Assembly: GCA_963769935.1 (NCBI GenBank)
Contig: CAVYNY010000036.1
Location: 21,554 to 85,553, forward strand
Direction: 5' to 3'
Origin: an uncultured delta proteobacterium
GTDB taxonomy: Bacteria; Desulfobacterota; Desulfobacteria; Desulfobacterales; JAFDCJ01
DNA: 64,000 nt
Positions 37,850 through 47,108 of this stretch are shown here, piece by piece; position 1 is the first letter of the stretch, and each line of letters starts with the position of its first letter. Made by a program: the position numbers and the translations under genes. Below the pieces are notes generated by a model. It did no database searches and was not told the DNA's origin. It saw only the letters and a program-made list of their open reading frames with translations.

Positions 37850-40177
37850 TTATTCCTCTATGATACAAGCGTCAGCGTCTTCTTTGCCCAATTCCCGTCC
37901 GCACAAATCCAACCCTTTTTTCTCGCGGAGCGCGGCCAGCACCTTTTCCGGCGTAATCGGCAAATCCTTGATGCGAACACCGATGGCGTCATAGATGGCA
38001 TTGGCAACAGCCGGGGCTGTCGGGACGCACCCCGGCTCGCCGATACCCTTGGCCCCGAACGGTCCGTCCTTGTCATAGGTTTCGAGCACGGGGGCTTCAA
38101 TGGGCACGGTATCTTTGGCGGTCAGAATTTTGTAGTCCCGGAAATTGGGATTCATATTTTGGCCTTTTTCCATAATTACCTGTTCGGTCAGGGCATAACC
38201 GAGCCCCATCATAACGCCGCCGTACACCTGCCCCTCCAGCAGCATGGGATTAATTGCTTTTCCCACATCGTGCGCCGCCACATATTTCAGGATTTGGACC
38301 TTGCCGGTATCCTGATCCACCTTGACCCGCACGCCATGGGAGCCGAAGGTATACGTCATGGACATATTACCCTTAAAATCTTTGCCCATATTCTCATTGA
38401 CGGGATCATAGAAATACTCGGCCATCAACATCTGGCCGCCGTGGCTGAAGTGCGCTTTTCTAAGGAGTTTGCCGAGCTCGATTCGGTTTTCGGAATTTTC
38501 CGTATCGATAATACAGCTGTCGTGCAGCACCAGCCTTTCCAACGGCGCTTCCAGCTGCTTGGCGCCCATCTCAAGCAGGCGCGCTTTTATTTTTTTTGCT
38601 GCACCGAGGGCCGAATTGCCGGCGATAAACGTTGTTCGGCTGGCATGGGCGCCAACATCCCAGGGGCAGACATCCGTGTCGGAGTGAATGACATGCACAC
38701 CGTCTACCGGCAGTCCAAGTTCTTCGGCCGTTATTTGGGCGATAACCGTGTCCGCCCCCTGCCCCATATCGGTGGCGCCGGTAAAAACGTCGACCTTGCC
38801 GAAATCATCCATTTTGATAATGGTCCCACAGCCATCCGATTTGTAGACCCTGGCACCACCCCCCACGTGAATCAGGGAAGCCATGCCAACCCCTTCCCCC
38901 TCCTTTTTTTCGGCATTCCACTGGAGGGTTTCTTTGATCGAATCCATGCACTCCTCCAACCCACAGGTAGTAATTCGCAAATCCTGGGGGGAAACATCGC
39001 CGGATTTATTGGCGTTAATCCGACGAAACTCAATCGGGTCGATACCCGCTTTTTCCGCCAGCATATCCATGGTGCATTCGATGGCAAAAGTCGCCTGGGG
39101 ATTGCCGTAGCCGCGCATGGCCTGGGCATAGGTATTATTGGTATAAACACACTTTGCCTCGTAGCGGACATTGGAAACACGATAGAGGGTTGTAATCGGC
39201 ATCATCATCACCGACGGCGTCGTGGCGCCCCAGGACGTATAAGCACCATTGTCCAGAATCATGGATATATCCCTGAAAAGCAGTTTGCCGTCCGCATCGC
39301 AGCCCTGTGAAATATAGGTGATCGTCGGCTGGCGGGTAGAGGTGGCGATGAATTCCTCGGCCCGGTTAAATTCAATTTTCACCGGCCGGCGCGCGTGAAA
39401 AGCAAGCAGAATGGCGATATATTCATACGCATAAGTGTCTAACTTGCTGCCGAATCCGCCGCCAATGCAGGGTTTGATGACCCTGACCCGTTTATCTTTG
39501 AGACCCATCGCCTTGAGGGCCTCTGAGAAATCCTTTTGGGCCAGGGACGGAATCTGGGTGTTGGAATAAATCGTAAGATTGTTGGTGGGATCAAACTCGG
39601 CAATCGCACCACTGGCACCCATACAGCAGTGCGTAACCCAGGTCGTGCTGAAGCGGTCTTGCACTACATAGGCTGCCTTTTGCCTGGCAGCATCGACATC
39701 ACCATAATGCAGTTTCCACGGCATTCGGAGCACATTGGTCTTATGCTCTTCGTGCACCAGCGGCGCACTTTTCTGCATCGCTTCCTCAGGATCGAAAACA
39801 CCGGGCAGCGGCTCATAGATCACCTCGATGAGGCTCAGGGCTTCCCGGGCGATATCGGGATCGGTTGCCGCCACGGCGGCGACTTCATCCCGGTAGGAGC
39901 ATACCTTGCCAACCTTCAGCGGCCGGTTGTCCTTATAAAACCCCATTTTTATATCCGGGACATCTTCACCGGTGATAACCGCCCTGACCCCCGGCAGCGA
40001 CCGGGCTCTGGATGTATCAATTTTAACGATCCGGGCATGCGGAAACTTGCTGTATAGGATTTTGCCGTAAAGCATTCTCGGAAGTTTCAAGTCCTGGATA
40101 TACTGAGCGCGACCTGTTGCCTTGTCGACAGCATCTAATTTAGGAACTCTCTTTCCGACTGAACATAGATTTTCCAT
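37850..40177 (-). CDS. Xanthine dehydrogenase family molybdopterin-binding large subunit (IaaI/J/K-like system)
   Basis: KATGRAQY, IGGGFGSK, AMRGYGNPQ, DMGQG, GQVYGG, GPFGAKGIGEPG. Confidence 0.93.
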   Translation of the reverse strand: MENLCSVGKRVPKLDAVDKATGRAQYIQDLKLPRMLYGKILYSKFPHARIVKIDTSRARSLPGVRAVITGEDVPDIKMGFYKDNRPLKVGKVCSYRDEVAAVAATDPDIAREALSLIEVIYEPLPGVFDPEEAMQKSAPLVHEEHKTNVLRMPWKLHYGDVDAARQKAAYVVQDRFSTTWVTHCCMGASGAIAEFDPTNNLTIYSNTQIPSLAQKDFSEALKAMGLKDKRVRVIKPCIGGGFGSKLDTYAYEYIAILLAFHARRPVKIEFNRAEEFIATSTRQPTITYISQGCDADGKLLFRDISMILDNGAYTSWGATTPSVMMMPITTLYRVSNVRYEAKCVYTNNTYAQAMRGYGNPQATFAIECTMDMLAEKAGIDPIEFRRINANKSGDVSPQDLRITTCGLEECMDSIKETLQWNAEKKEGEGVGMASLIHVGGGARVYKSDGCGTIIKMDDFGKVDVFTGATDMGQGADTVIAQITAEELGLPVDGVHVIHSDTDVCPWDVGAHASRTTFIAGNSALGAAKKIKARLLEMGAKQLEAPLERLVLHDSCIIDTENSENRIELGKLLRKAHFSHGGQMLMAEYFYDPVNENMGKDFKGNMSMTYTFGSHGVRVKVDQDTGKVQILKYVAAHDVGKAINPMLLEGQVYGGVMMGLGYALTEQVIMEKGQNMNPNFRDYKILTAKDTVPIEAPVLETYDKDGPFGAKGIGEPGCVPTAPAVANAIYDAIGVRIKDLPITPEKVLAALREKKGLDLCGRELGKEDADACIIEE

Positions 40178-40332
40178 CAGGAATTCTCCTTTGAAGACAA
40201 AAATATTGAAGATTGAAGATTGTATATTGAATATTTGAGGTCAGCCTTCGGCAGGTCGATTTTAAATAGATATTTCAAAAAATGACGGAGCGCAACGACC
40301 TCCATTAATATTCACTTATCAATTTTCAATAT

Positions 40333-40857
40333 TCAATCCTCTAACGCCCCATCATGACCATCCCAGGCTGCCATCGGTTTTTCTACTTTCTGGTAGAAAC
40401 CGCTGACCGACTTTATGGAATCTATAATTTGCACATAGCCGGTGCAGCGGCACAGATTGCCTGCAATGGCATGTTTTATTTCCTCTTCATCGGCATTGGG
40501 ATTTTTGTCAAGCAGGGCTTTGGCGGACATGATCATGCCCGGAGAGCAAAATCCGCATTGGATACCGCCGTTTTCTACAAAGGCCTGTTGTATCGGGTGC
40601 AGGGTACCATCGCCGGATGCCAGGCCTTCGATGGTCACCAATTCCTTGCCGTCGATTTCAGCCGCCAAATAAAGACAGGAATTAACCGCTGCCCCATTGA
40701 CAATAACGGTGCAGGCGCCGCACTCTCCGCCGCCGCATCCTTCTTTGGTGCCGGTATAGCCGAGCTCCTCGCGAATCAAATGCAGCAGCGTCCAATGATC
40801 CTCCACCGACATCGTCAGCGGATTCCCATTGAAAGTAAAGGATATATCTCGTGACAT
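40333..40857 (-). CDS. Xanthine dehydrogenase family 2x[2Fe-2S] subunit
   Basis: GTKEGCGGGECGACTV, QCGFCSPG, GNLCRCTGY. Confidence 0.95.
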   Translation of the reverse strand: MSRDISFTFNGNPLTMSVEDHWTLLHLIREELGYTGTKEGCGGGECGACTVIVNGAAVNSCLYLAAEIDGKELVTIEGLASGDGTLHPIQQAFVENGGIQCGFCSPGMIMSAKALLDKNPNADEEEIKHAIAGNLCRCTGYVQIIDSIKSVSGFYQKVEKPMAAWDGHDGALED

Positions 40858-40990
40858 CAACAACATCTCCTTTTCTTGTAAATTAGAGGAGTATGGGAGT
40901 ATGGGAGAGTTGGAGCATTGTTTTTTTCATTACTCCAGCAATCCATTACTCCATCAGGTATCTTCGCATTTGCAGCCTCTTATTAAAAAT

Positions 40991-41878
40991 CTATGAAGGC
41001 CCTTTTTGCTTCGCCCGCTGCAATGCGGTCAAACCCATACGTTTGACTAAAACCCCGACCATCTCCCGCCGGTACCAGGCAACGCCCCGGATGCTGTCTC
41101 TGACTTTCGATTCTTCGGCTGCAATTTTACCGGCCTCGGCCAGGGCGCTTTCATCGATGTGCCTGCCCACCAGGTGTTTTTCCGCCTGAAGACACCGCAG
41201 CGGCGTGGGAGCTGCCACCCCCAGGCAGATGCGGGCTCCGGCACAAGTTGCCATATCCTCTTGCAGGCTCAGCAAAACGCCGACCCCGAGCATGGGAAGC
41301 TCCATCGCCGATCGTCGACCGTGTTTGACATATGCCCCACCGGTGCGGGGAGCAGGCGGTGGGACCACGAGCTCGGTGAGAATTTCTCCCCGATCCAGAT
41401 CCGGCTGACCCGGCCCTAAAAAGAATCGACGAAGCTCCGCCGTGCGATGGCCTTTGGTGCCATATATATGCGCTTTGGCATCCAGCGCGATCAAAGGAAT
41501 TGCGCCATCGGCTGAAGGAAGGGCGTTGACCAGATTGCCCCCGATCGTGGCAACATTTCGAATCTGCACCGAGCCGATGTTGCTGACCGCATCATGGATG
41601 ATCGGATAGTTTTGCCGTATTATTGCTGAGGTCTCAATGCTGTGGTGGGTGACAAAGGCGCCGATAAACAGCTCGCCGGTTTCATGGTTCAGAAAAAGGC
41701 GATCCTGCGCAACTATGTGCTTCAGGGAGATTAAATAATCCGGCGTCATTTTGCCTTCCTTAATTTTCGCCAGTACATCGGTACCCCCGGCAACATATCG
41801 AGCCCGTTCGCCATAGGATTCGTGCAGCGAAATCGCTTCGTCAAGCGTTTTCGGAACGAGGTAAGTAAATTTTCTCAT
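40991..41878 (-). CDS. Xanthine dehydrogenase family FAD subunit
   Basis: AGGTD, QIRNVATIGGNLVNALPSADG; no HcrB-type [4Fe-4S] insertion. Confidence 0.93.
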   Translation of the reverse strand: MRKFTYLVPKTLDEAISLHESYGERARYVAGGTDVLAKIKEGKMTPDYLISLKHIVAQDRLFLNHETGELFIGAFVTHHSIETSAIIRQNYPIIHDAVSNIGSVQIRNVATIGGNLVNALPSADGAIPLIALDAKAHIYGTKGHRTAELRRFFLGPGQPDLDRGEILTELVVPPPAPRTGGAYVKHGRRSAMELPMLGVGVLLSLQEDMATCAGARICLGVAAPTPLRCLQAEKHLVGRHIDESALAEAGKIAAEESKVRDSIRGVAWYRREMVGVLVKRMGLTALQRAKQKGPS

Positions 41879-42118
41879 AAATACCCCTTTCTTGAAATGA
41901 ATACTGAACATTGACTATTGAAGATTGATGGAAGTCGCTGCGCTGCGTCATTTAGATTATAATTACCTTGAAAAGATAGAATTCCTTAATTCGCCATTCG
42001 TCATTCCGCACGCCGTGAGCCGTGAGCCGTGAGCCTTGCGCCGTAAACCTTCTGCCAAATTCCAGCCCCCGCAACACGCAACACGTAACACGCAACTCGC
42101 ACCCCGCAACACGAGACC

Positions 42119-43309
42119 CTACCCCACTTTCACCACCAGCGCTGCCGCCGTATCCCCCGCGGCACAGCCGGCAAAGAGCAGGTAGCCGCCGCCGCCCATG
42201 ACGACTTCTTCAATCCCTTCGATAATCAGACGACCTGCCGTGGGTCCCTGGGGGTGGCCGAAAATTAGTGAACAGCCGTAATTGTTCATGCGGTTGACGT
42301 CGAGCCCCAGTTTGTCGGCCAGAAATATATCATTGGCGGCAAAGGGATTGTGCGTTTTAACAGCCTTGACGTCGCTCGCTTTAATGCCGGCATTGTCCAG
42401 TGCCATTTGAGCGGCAGGATATACAGCAGCAGCCATGAAGGCCGGCTTGGTGCGGGCATACCCATAGGAAAGCACCTGGATTTCAACATCCGGATCAGCC
42501 GAGAGTTCTCTGGCTTTTTCACGGGTAGTGATGGTAACGGCACAATGGCCGTCCGCCGGATGGGTTTGTGCTCCGAAGGTGTGAACTCCGTTGGGCAGCA
42601 CGGGTTTGAGCTTGGCCAACCCCTCGGCCGTGCTTTCCATGATCCCTTCGTCGGCTTCCAGCATGATTGTCTGCTTCTTGGAAACTCTTAACATCACGGG
42701 GTACATGTAACGCTTTTGAAAGGCGCGACCATCGGCCAAAGCGTCCTGATACTGCTGGTAGCGTCTCAAAGTGACGGCATCGCACTGCTCCCGGGTAATG
42801 CCGGCTTCGGCGGATACATTTTCAGCCGTTTTAATCATGGCCTCACCGGCCCAGGGATCCCGGCCGAAGTTATCCATCAGCCAGTCTTCTGATATTACCT
42901 GGCCGCCCGGTCCCTGTGGATTGGGCCAAACGGCATGGGGTCCGTTGGAGCAACGGTCCGTCATCAGGCAAATGGGTGTCTTGAACAGGCCGGTCTCAAC
43001 TCCGGCACTGGCTTGATATATAGTGATGGTTGAGGTAGAGCAGGCCTGACTGACCAGAAGTCCGGGTATGCCGGCAGCTCCCATCATGGCCGCTGCCCAG
43101 GGGCCGCCGTAAAAGCCGTGAGGCTGGTGGACGGTGATTCCCAGAAAAAGATAATCAAAAATTTTCGGGTCCCAGCTTTTTTCCGCCAGCCATCTTTTTG
43201 CCGTCTCGGCTGCCAGCGAAATGGCATTCTCATTGGCCATACTTCCCTGCCAGCGTGCAAACGGTGAGCTGAAATAACCCCTGTACGGAATATACACTTT
43301 TGTCAACAT
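42119..43309 (-). CDS. Thiolase family protein (non-canonical motifs; IaaA-like)
   Basis: QACSTS, KTHNPF, GHPQGPT, GCAAGDT. Confidence 0.85.
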   Translation of the reverse strand: MLTKVYIPYRGYFSSPFARWQGSMANENAISLAAETAKRWLAEKSWDPKIFDYLFLGITVHQPHGFYGGPWAAAMMGAAGIPGLLVSQACSTSTITIYQASAGVETGLFKTPICLMTDRCSNGPHAVWPNPQGPGGQVISEDWLMDNFGRDPWAGEAMIKTAENVSAEAGITREQCDAVTLRRYQQYQDALADGRAFQKRYMYPVMLRVSKKQTIMLEADEGIMESTAEGLAKLKPVLPNGVHTFGAQTHPADGHCAVTITTREKARELSADPDVEIQVLSYGYARTKPAFMAAAVYPAAQMALDNAGIKASDVKAVKTHNPFAANDIFLADKLGLDVNRMNNYGCSLIFGHPQGPTAGRLIIEGIEEVVMGGGGYLLFAGCAAGDTAAALVVKVG

Positions 43310-43417
43310 CGCAAATTCCTCCCTAATAATTCTCGTTTTTATTTATAAGCAATTGATCTTTAAGAAACTATTTCCGTGGATTTTGGTATTTATTATGTCA
43401 CGCAACAAACACGAAAA

Positions 43418-44707
43418 TTAATATCGATGATCAAAAAAACGTTTTGCCTTCCGCTCCGAGCGGGGCAGGGAACAGTAATCGACTGCCTCTACGTCACAGC
43501 TGACCAATACTTTCTTTTTTATTTCTTTTTGCACTGTTGCGGCGAGCTCGGGTTTGCGGGACGGGTCAAAACTTTCGCAGCATTCCAGCCGGATGGTCAT
43601 ATAATCTCGGCCGTCCTCCTTTCTTTCCAGATGAACCTGGTACTCACAGCCGGTATTCGGAATCGCAGACAACACTTCATCGATTTGGCCCGGATAAATG
43701 TTCACCGCCCGGAAGATGATCATGTCATCTGAACGACCCAGCAGGCGGTCATGCAGGGGGAGGATGCTGCCGCAGGAACAGGGCTTTTCGATTGCACGCG
43801 TCAAATCCCGCGTCCGATACCGGATCAAGGGTGAGGCCTCCTTGCACAGGGTGGTGACCACCATCTCTCCGACCTCTCCTGCGGGAACCGGCTCCAGGGT
43901 CTCCGGGTCCAGAATCTCAAGGATGTAATAGTCCGCCCAATAATGAATCCCTTCATGCCTCGCGCAGTCAAGTCCGGTGCCCGGTCCGTACAATTCCGTC
44001 ATTCCCGGAATATCAAACATGTCTTCCAGGCCCAGCAGTGCCTTGATTCTTTGCCGCATGGCCTCGCTGCTTCTCTCCGAACCGAAGATCATTTTTTTAA
44101 GCGCAATTTGATCTTTAAGATTTCTGCGGTTGACCTCTTCGGCCATCAAAAGACCCATGGATGCCGTGCAGCACATTACGGTCGATTGAAGATCCACCAG
44201 AAACTGGCATTGCATATCAACATTGCCGGGGCCGGCCGGAATTGCCATAGCGCCAAACTTCTCACAGCCCAGTTGAAACCCCACTCCGGCTGTCCAGACA
44301 CCGTACCCCACCGCAATTTGCACTCGGTCTTCGGCGGTGAGCCCGGCCATCTCGTAACACCTGGCAAAAAAATGGATCCAGTCATCAATGTCTTTTTGGG
44401 TATAGCTTAATATCTTCCTTCTACCTGTGGTGCCCGAAGACGCATGGATTCTGACCACCTGAGATTCGGGAACCGATATCAGCGGAAAAGGGTACCCGTC
44501 TCGCAGATCATCGGCCGTGCTGAGCGGCAGTTTTCTGATATCTGCCAGAGTTTGAATGTCTCCGGGCTGAACACCGGCTTCATCCAGACGTTGGCGATAA
44601 AAAGTTGATCCCCGGTAGGCATGATCGATCGTCCACTGGAGCCCTTTTAACTGATGAGCGCGCAATTCAGCAGGATTCGCAAAGGACGGCATGAAAGTTT
44701 TTGACAT
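43418..44707 (-). CDS. Phenylacetate-CoA ligase family (PaaK/IaaB-like arylacetate-CoA ligase)
   Basis: RIHASSGTTG, YTQKDID, GMTELYGPG, PLIRYRTRD, GRSDDMII. Confidence 0.9.
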   Translation of the reverse strand: MSKTFMPSFANPAELRAHQLKGLQWTIDHAYRGSTFYRQRLDEAGVQPGDIQTLADIRKLPLSTADDLRDGYPFPLISVPESQVVRIHASSGTTGRRKILSYTQKDIDDWIHFFARCYEMAGLTAEDRVQIAVGYGVWTAGVGFQLGCEKFGAMAIPAGPGNVDMQCQFLVDLQSTVMCCTASMGLLMAEEVNRRNLKDQIALKKMIFGSERSSEAMRQRIKALLGLEDMFDIPGMTELYGPGTGLDCARHEGIHYWADYYILEILDPETLEPVPAGEVGEMVVTTLCKEASPLIRYRTRDLTRAIEKPCSCGSILPLHDRLLGRSDDMIIFRAVNIYPGQIDEVLSAIPNTGCEYQVHLERKEDGRDYMTIRLECCESFDPSRKPELAATVQKEIKKKVLVSCDVEAVDYCSLPRSERKAKRFFDHRY

Positions 44708-44821
44708 TGTCAGGTTCCTTGTGCTTCTCTCATTAGGTCTTTAAAAGGTTTCAGGTTTCATACGAGCACCGCCGCTGGCCGCGAGCGTCCAGTCTGATCG
44801 ATAAAAGAAACTTTTAGGAAC

Positions 44822-44998
44822 TCGGACACAGTTGGATTTAATATCACGCCCACTTTCAGGCTTCGCTCTTCGAGCTACGACCCGACAAGCCGTTAGAGCT
44901 CACAGAGACCGCGGAGAACATTTTTCTTTCGCCGCAGGCGGCTGTAACCCCAAACCTCTGTGATCTCTGAGCGCTCTGTGTGAGATGTAGTTTCATAT
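44822..44998 (-). repeat. 177-bp MITE/REP-like element, copy B
   Basis: Inverted copy of 31323-31499; bracketed by exact 21-bp direct repeats CTGGCCGCGAGCGTCCAGTCT at 44775-44795 and 45010-45030. Confidence 0.9.
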
Positions 44999-45298
44999 AA
45001 GCGCCGCCTCTGGCCGCGAGCGTCCAGTCTAAAGATAAACAACGTGGAAAGAAAAAAACTTAATGTAAGTTTCACACGAGGCGACAGGATATGAGCCGGA
45101 CAAAACTACAACCAGTCTGATCACAAACCCCCAAACTTAATTTCCTGAAAAGTCTGTAAATTTGCATAGGGGTCATAACCTTGTCAACTATCTGTCTTCT
45201 TCCATCTGGCATACGGTCGCTGACACCTGAAACCTGACACCCGAAACCTACCACACGCACCCCGCAACTCGCAACCCGTAACCCATAACCCGCAGTCC

Positions 45299-47053
45299 CT
45301 ACTTTCTTTCCGACCTCAATTTCTCCGTCGCGGCCCGGTCCACTCGCAGTGTTTCCCGATCAACCACCACTCCATAATCTGCCTGAGCCTTTTCGATGCT
45401 TACATATTCGTTGTGGACATCGGCTTGAACTGCTTCGGGATCCCGCTGCAGGGGATCACCATAGCCCCCGCCGCCGGCGCTGTGAAATTCGACGACATCT
45501 CCGTTGTGCACCAGAGTTAAACCAATGGGATCCCCGGCCTGTCCGTTGATTAAAAATTTGGCAATTGAACCCGGCTTGGCATTGAACAGGCCCTGGGGGG
45601 CATATTTGTAGCGGCCGGCTTGCACGGCTATGGATGTGGGTCCCTCAGGGGCGCGTTCATCGTCCGGGACGCGTATGACCATTTTGCGGCCCAAACCGCC
45701 CCGCATCTTTCCAGGGCCCCCGGAATCGCCGACCAGGCTGCGTTCCTCAACGATCAGCGGCGTGTCGCTTTCAAATATTTCCACCGGCGTGTTGGCGCCG
45801 TTGGCCGGGAAAATAGCACAATGATGGCCGTCCATGCGGCTGCCGGCCCCCAGACCTCCGCCGCGAATTATCATGGTCAACCAGGAATTTCCATTGTGAC
45901 GCTTACCGTAAAAAATATTGGTTTGGGCCGGCGTGCCGCCGCTTCCGGCAATAATATTGTCGGGGGTCGCTTGAGCCAGAGCCTTGAACACCATTTCGGT
46001 CATGAAATGCCCGATTTGCATGCGGGCAGCCACCGCTGCCGGAAATTTGCAGTTGACCACCGTTCCTTCAGGAGCAGTCATCTTAACCGGCCGAATGGCA
46101 CCTTCGTTGATCGGTATATCCGGATCGAACGCGCTTTTAACGGCCATGAAGACATAGGCGTAGGTAAAATTGTAGACCACGTTGCCGCCCCAATCCACCT
46201 GGGGAGAGGTCCCCGTAAAATCAACATGAATATCACTGTCCTTGACTGCCACCGTCAACTTGATGGTGATGTCCTTGCGCTGGCCGGCACCCTCGATAAC
46301 GCCTTCATAAGGATACACGCCGGCCGGAATCCGGGAAATAGCTTTCCGCATGCTTTTTTCGGTGCGGTCTATAATTTCATCAGCCAGATCATCGAGGGTA
46401 TCCAGGCCTTCATCCGTCATCATTTCGGCGACCTTCCGGGCACAGACATGATTGGCGGCGACCTGGGATCGAATGTCGCCGGTAACCTCCTCCGGCGTTC
46501 TCACGTTCCAGCGAATCAGCTTTAGAACCTCTTCATTGAGCACCCCGCCATCGTAGAGTTTCAGCGGCGGAATAAAAATTCCCTCTTCATAGACCTGGCG
46601 ATTGTCCGAGGCAACCCGACCGCCGATGTCGGAGTGATGGAACACACAGGCGGTAAATGCTACCGGCCGCTCTTTATAAAAAATCGGACTCATCACACAG
46701 ACATCATTCAGATGGCCGGCCAGAAGCCAGGGATCGTTAACGATAAAAACATCCCCGGGTTGATACCGGTCCAAAGGCCTGGCGTTGATCAACTTCTTGA
46801 CCCCCAGTGCCATGGCCCCGGCCTGTCCCGGTGTGCAGAATGTTCCCTGCACCAATTCCTGGCCGCGGCTGTCGGTAAACATGCAGGTGTAGTCATGCGC
46901 GTCACGCAAAAGGCTTGAAAACGCGGTGCGGGCCACGGAGGCGTCCGCCTCGTCAACAATCGAAATCAGCCTGCGCCAAAGAATCTCCAGCGTAATCGGA
47001 TCGAACTTGGTGGGATTCGAAATATTATTTCTTCCATCCCTATCCGGCATCAT
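45299..47053 (-). CDS. Hydantoinase B/oxoprolinase family subunit
   Basis: DPITLEILW, NDPWLLAGHLND, HHSDIGG, NTPVEIFE, DSGGPGKMRGGLG, GGGGYGDP. Confidence 0.93.
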   Translation of the reverse strand: MMPDRDGRNNISNPTKFDPITLEILWRRLISIVDEADASVARTAFSSLLRDAHDYTCMFTDSRGQELVQGTFCTPGQAGAMALGVKKLINARPLDRYQPGDVFIVNDPWLLAGHLNDVCVMSPIFYKERPVAFTACVFHHSDIGGRVASDNRQVYEEGIFIPPLKLYDGGVLNEEVLKLIRWNVRTPEEVTGDIRSQVAANHVCARKVAEMMTDEGLDTLDDLADEIIDRTEKSMRKAISRIPAGVYPYEGVIEGAGQRKDITIKLTVAVKDSDIHVDFTGTSPQVDWGGNVVYNFTYAYVFMAVKSAFDPDIPINEGAIRPVKMTAPEGTVVNCKFPAAVAARMQIGHFMTEMVFKALAQATPDNIIAGSGGTPAQTNIFYGKRHNGNSWLTMIIRGGGLGAGSRMDGHHCAIFPANGANTPVEIFESDTPLIVEERSLVGDSGGPGKMRGGLGRKMVIRVPDDERAPEGPTSIAVQAGRYKYAPQGLFNAKPGSIAKFLINGQAGDPIGLTLVHNGDVVEFHSAGGGGYGDPLQRDPEAVQADVHNEYVSIEKAQADYGVVVDRETLRVDRAATEKLRSERK

Positions 47054-47108
47054 CTAATTTCCTCCCATGATCCCTGTGAATTGAAAATTGAATAATTTAA
47101 ATTTCGCC

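Noticed and set aside
37742..39310. 522-aa plus-strand ORF (and similar long ORFs at 1398-2192, 17819-18598, 45620-46525)
   Set aside because: Antisense shadows of well-supported minus-strand genes, with no recognisable motifs.
37850..41878. 4-hydroxybenzoyl-CoA reductase (HcrABC)
   Set aside because: The FAD subunit lacks the Cys-rich [4Fe-4S] insertion of HcrB, and the large subunit has AMRGYG/KGIGE rather than HcrA-type motifs.
44893..45075. Duplicated small ORFs (YETTSHTERSEITEVW..., also 31168-31428)
   Set aside because: Translations of the 177-bp repeat; different N-termini and no RBS support.
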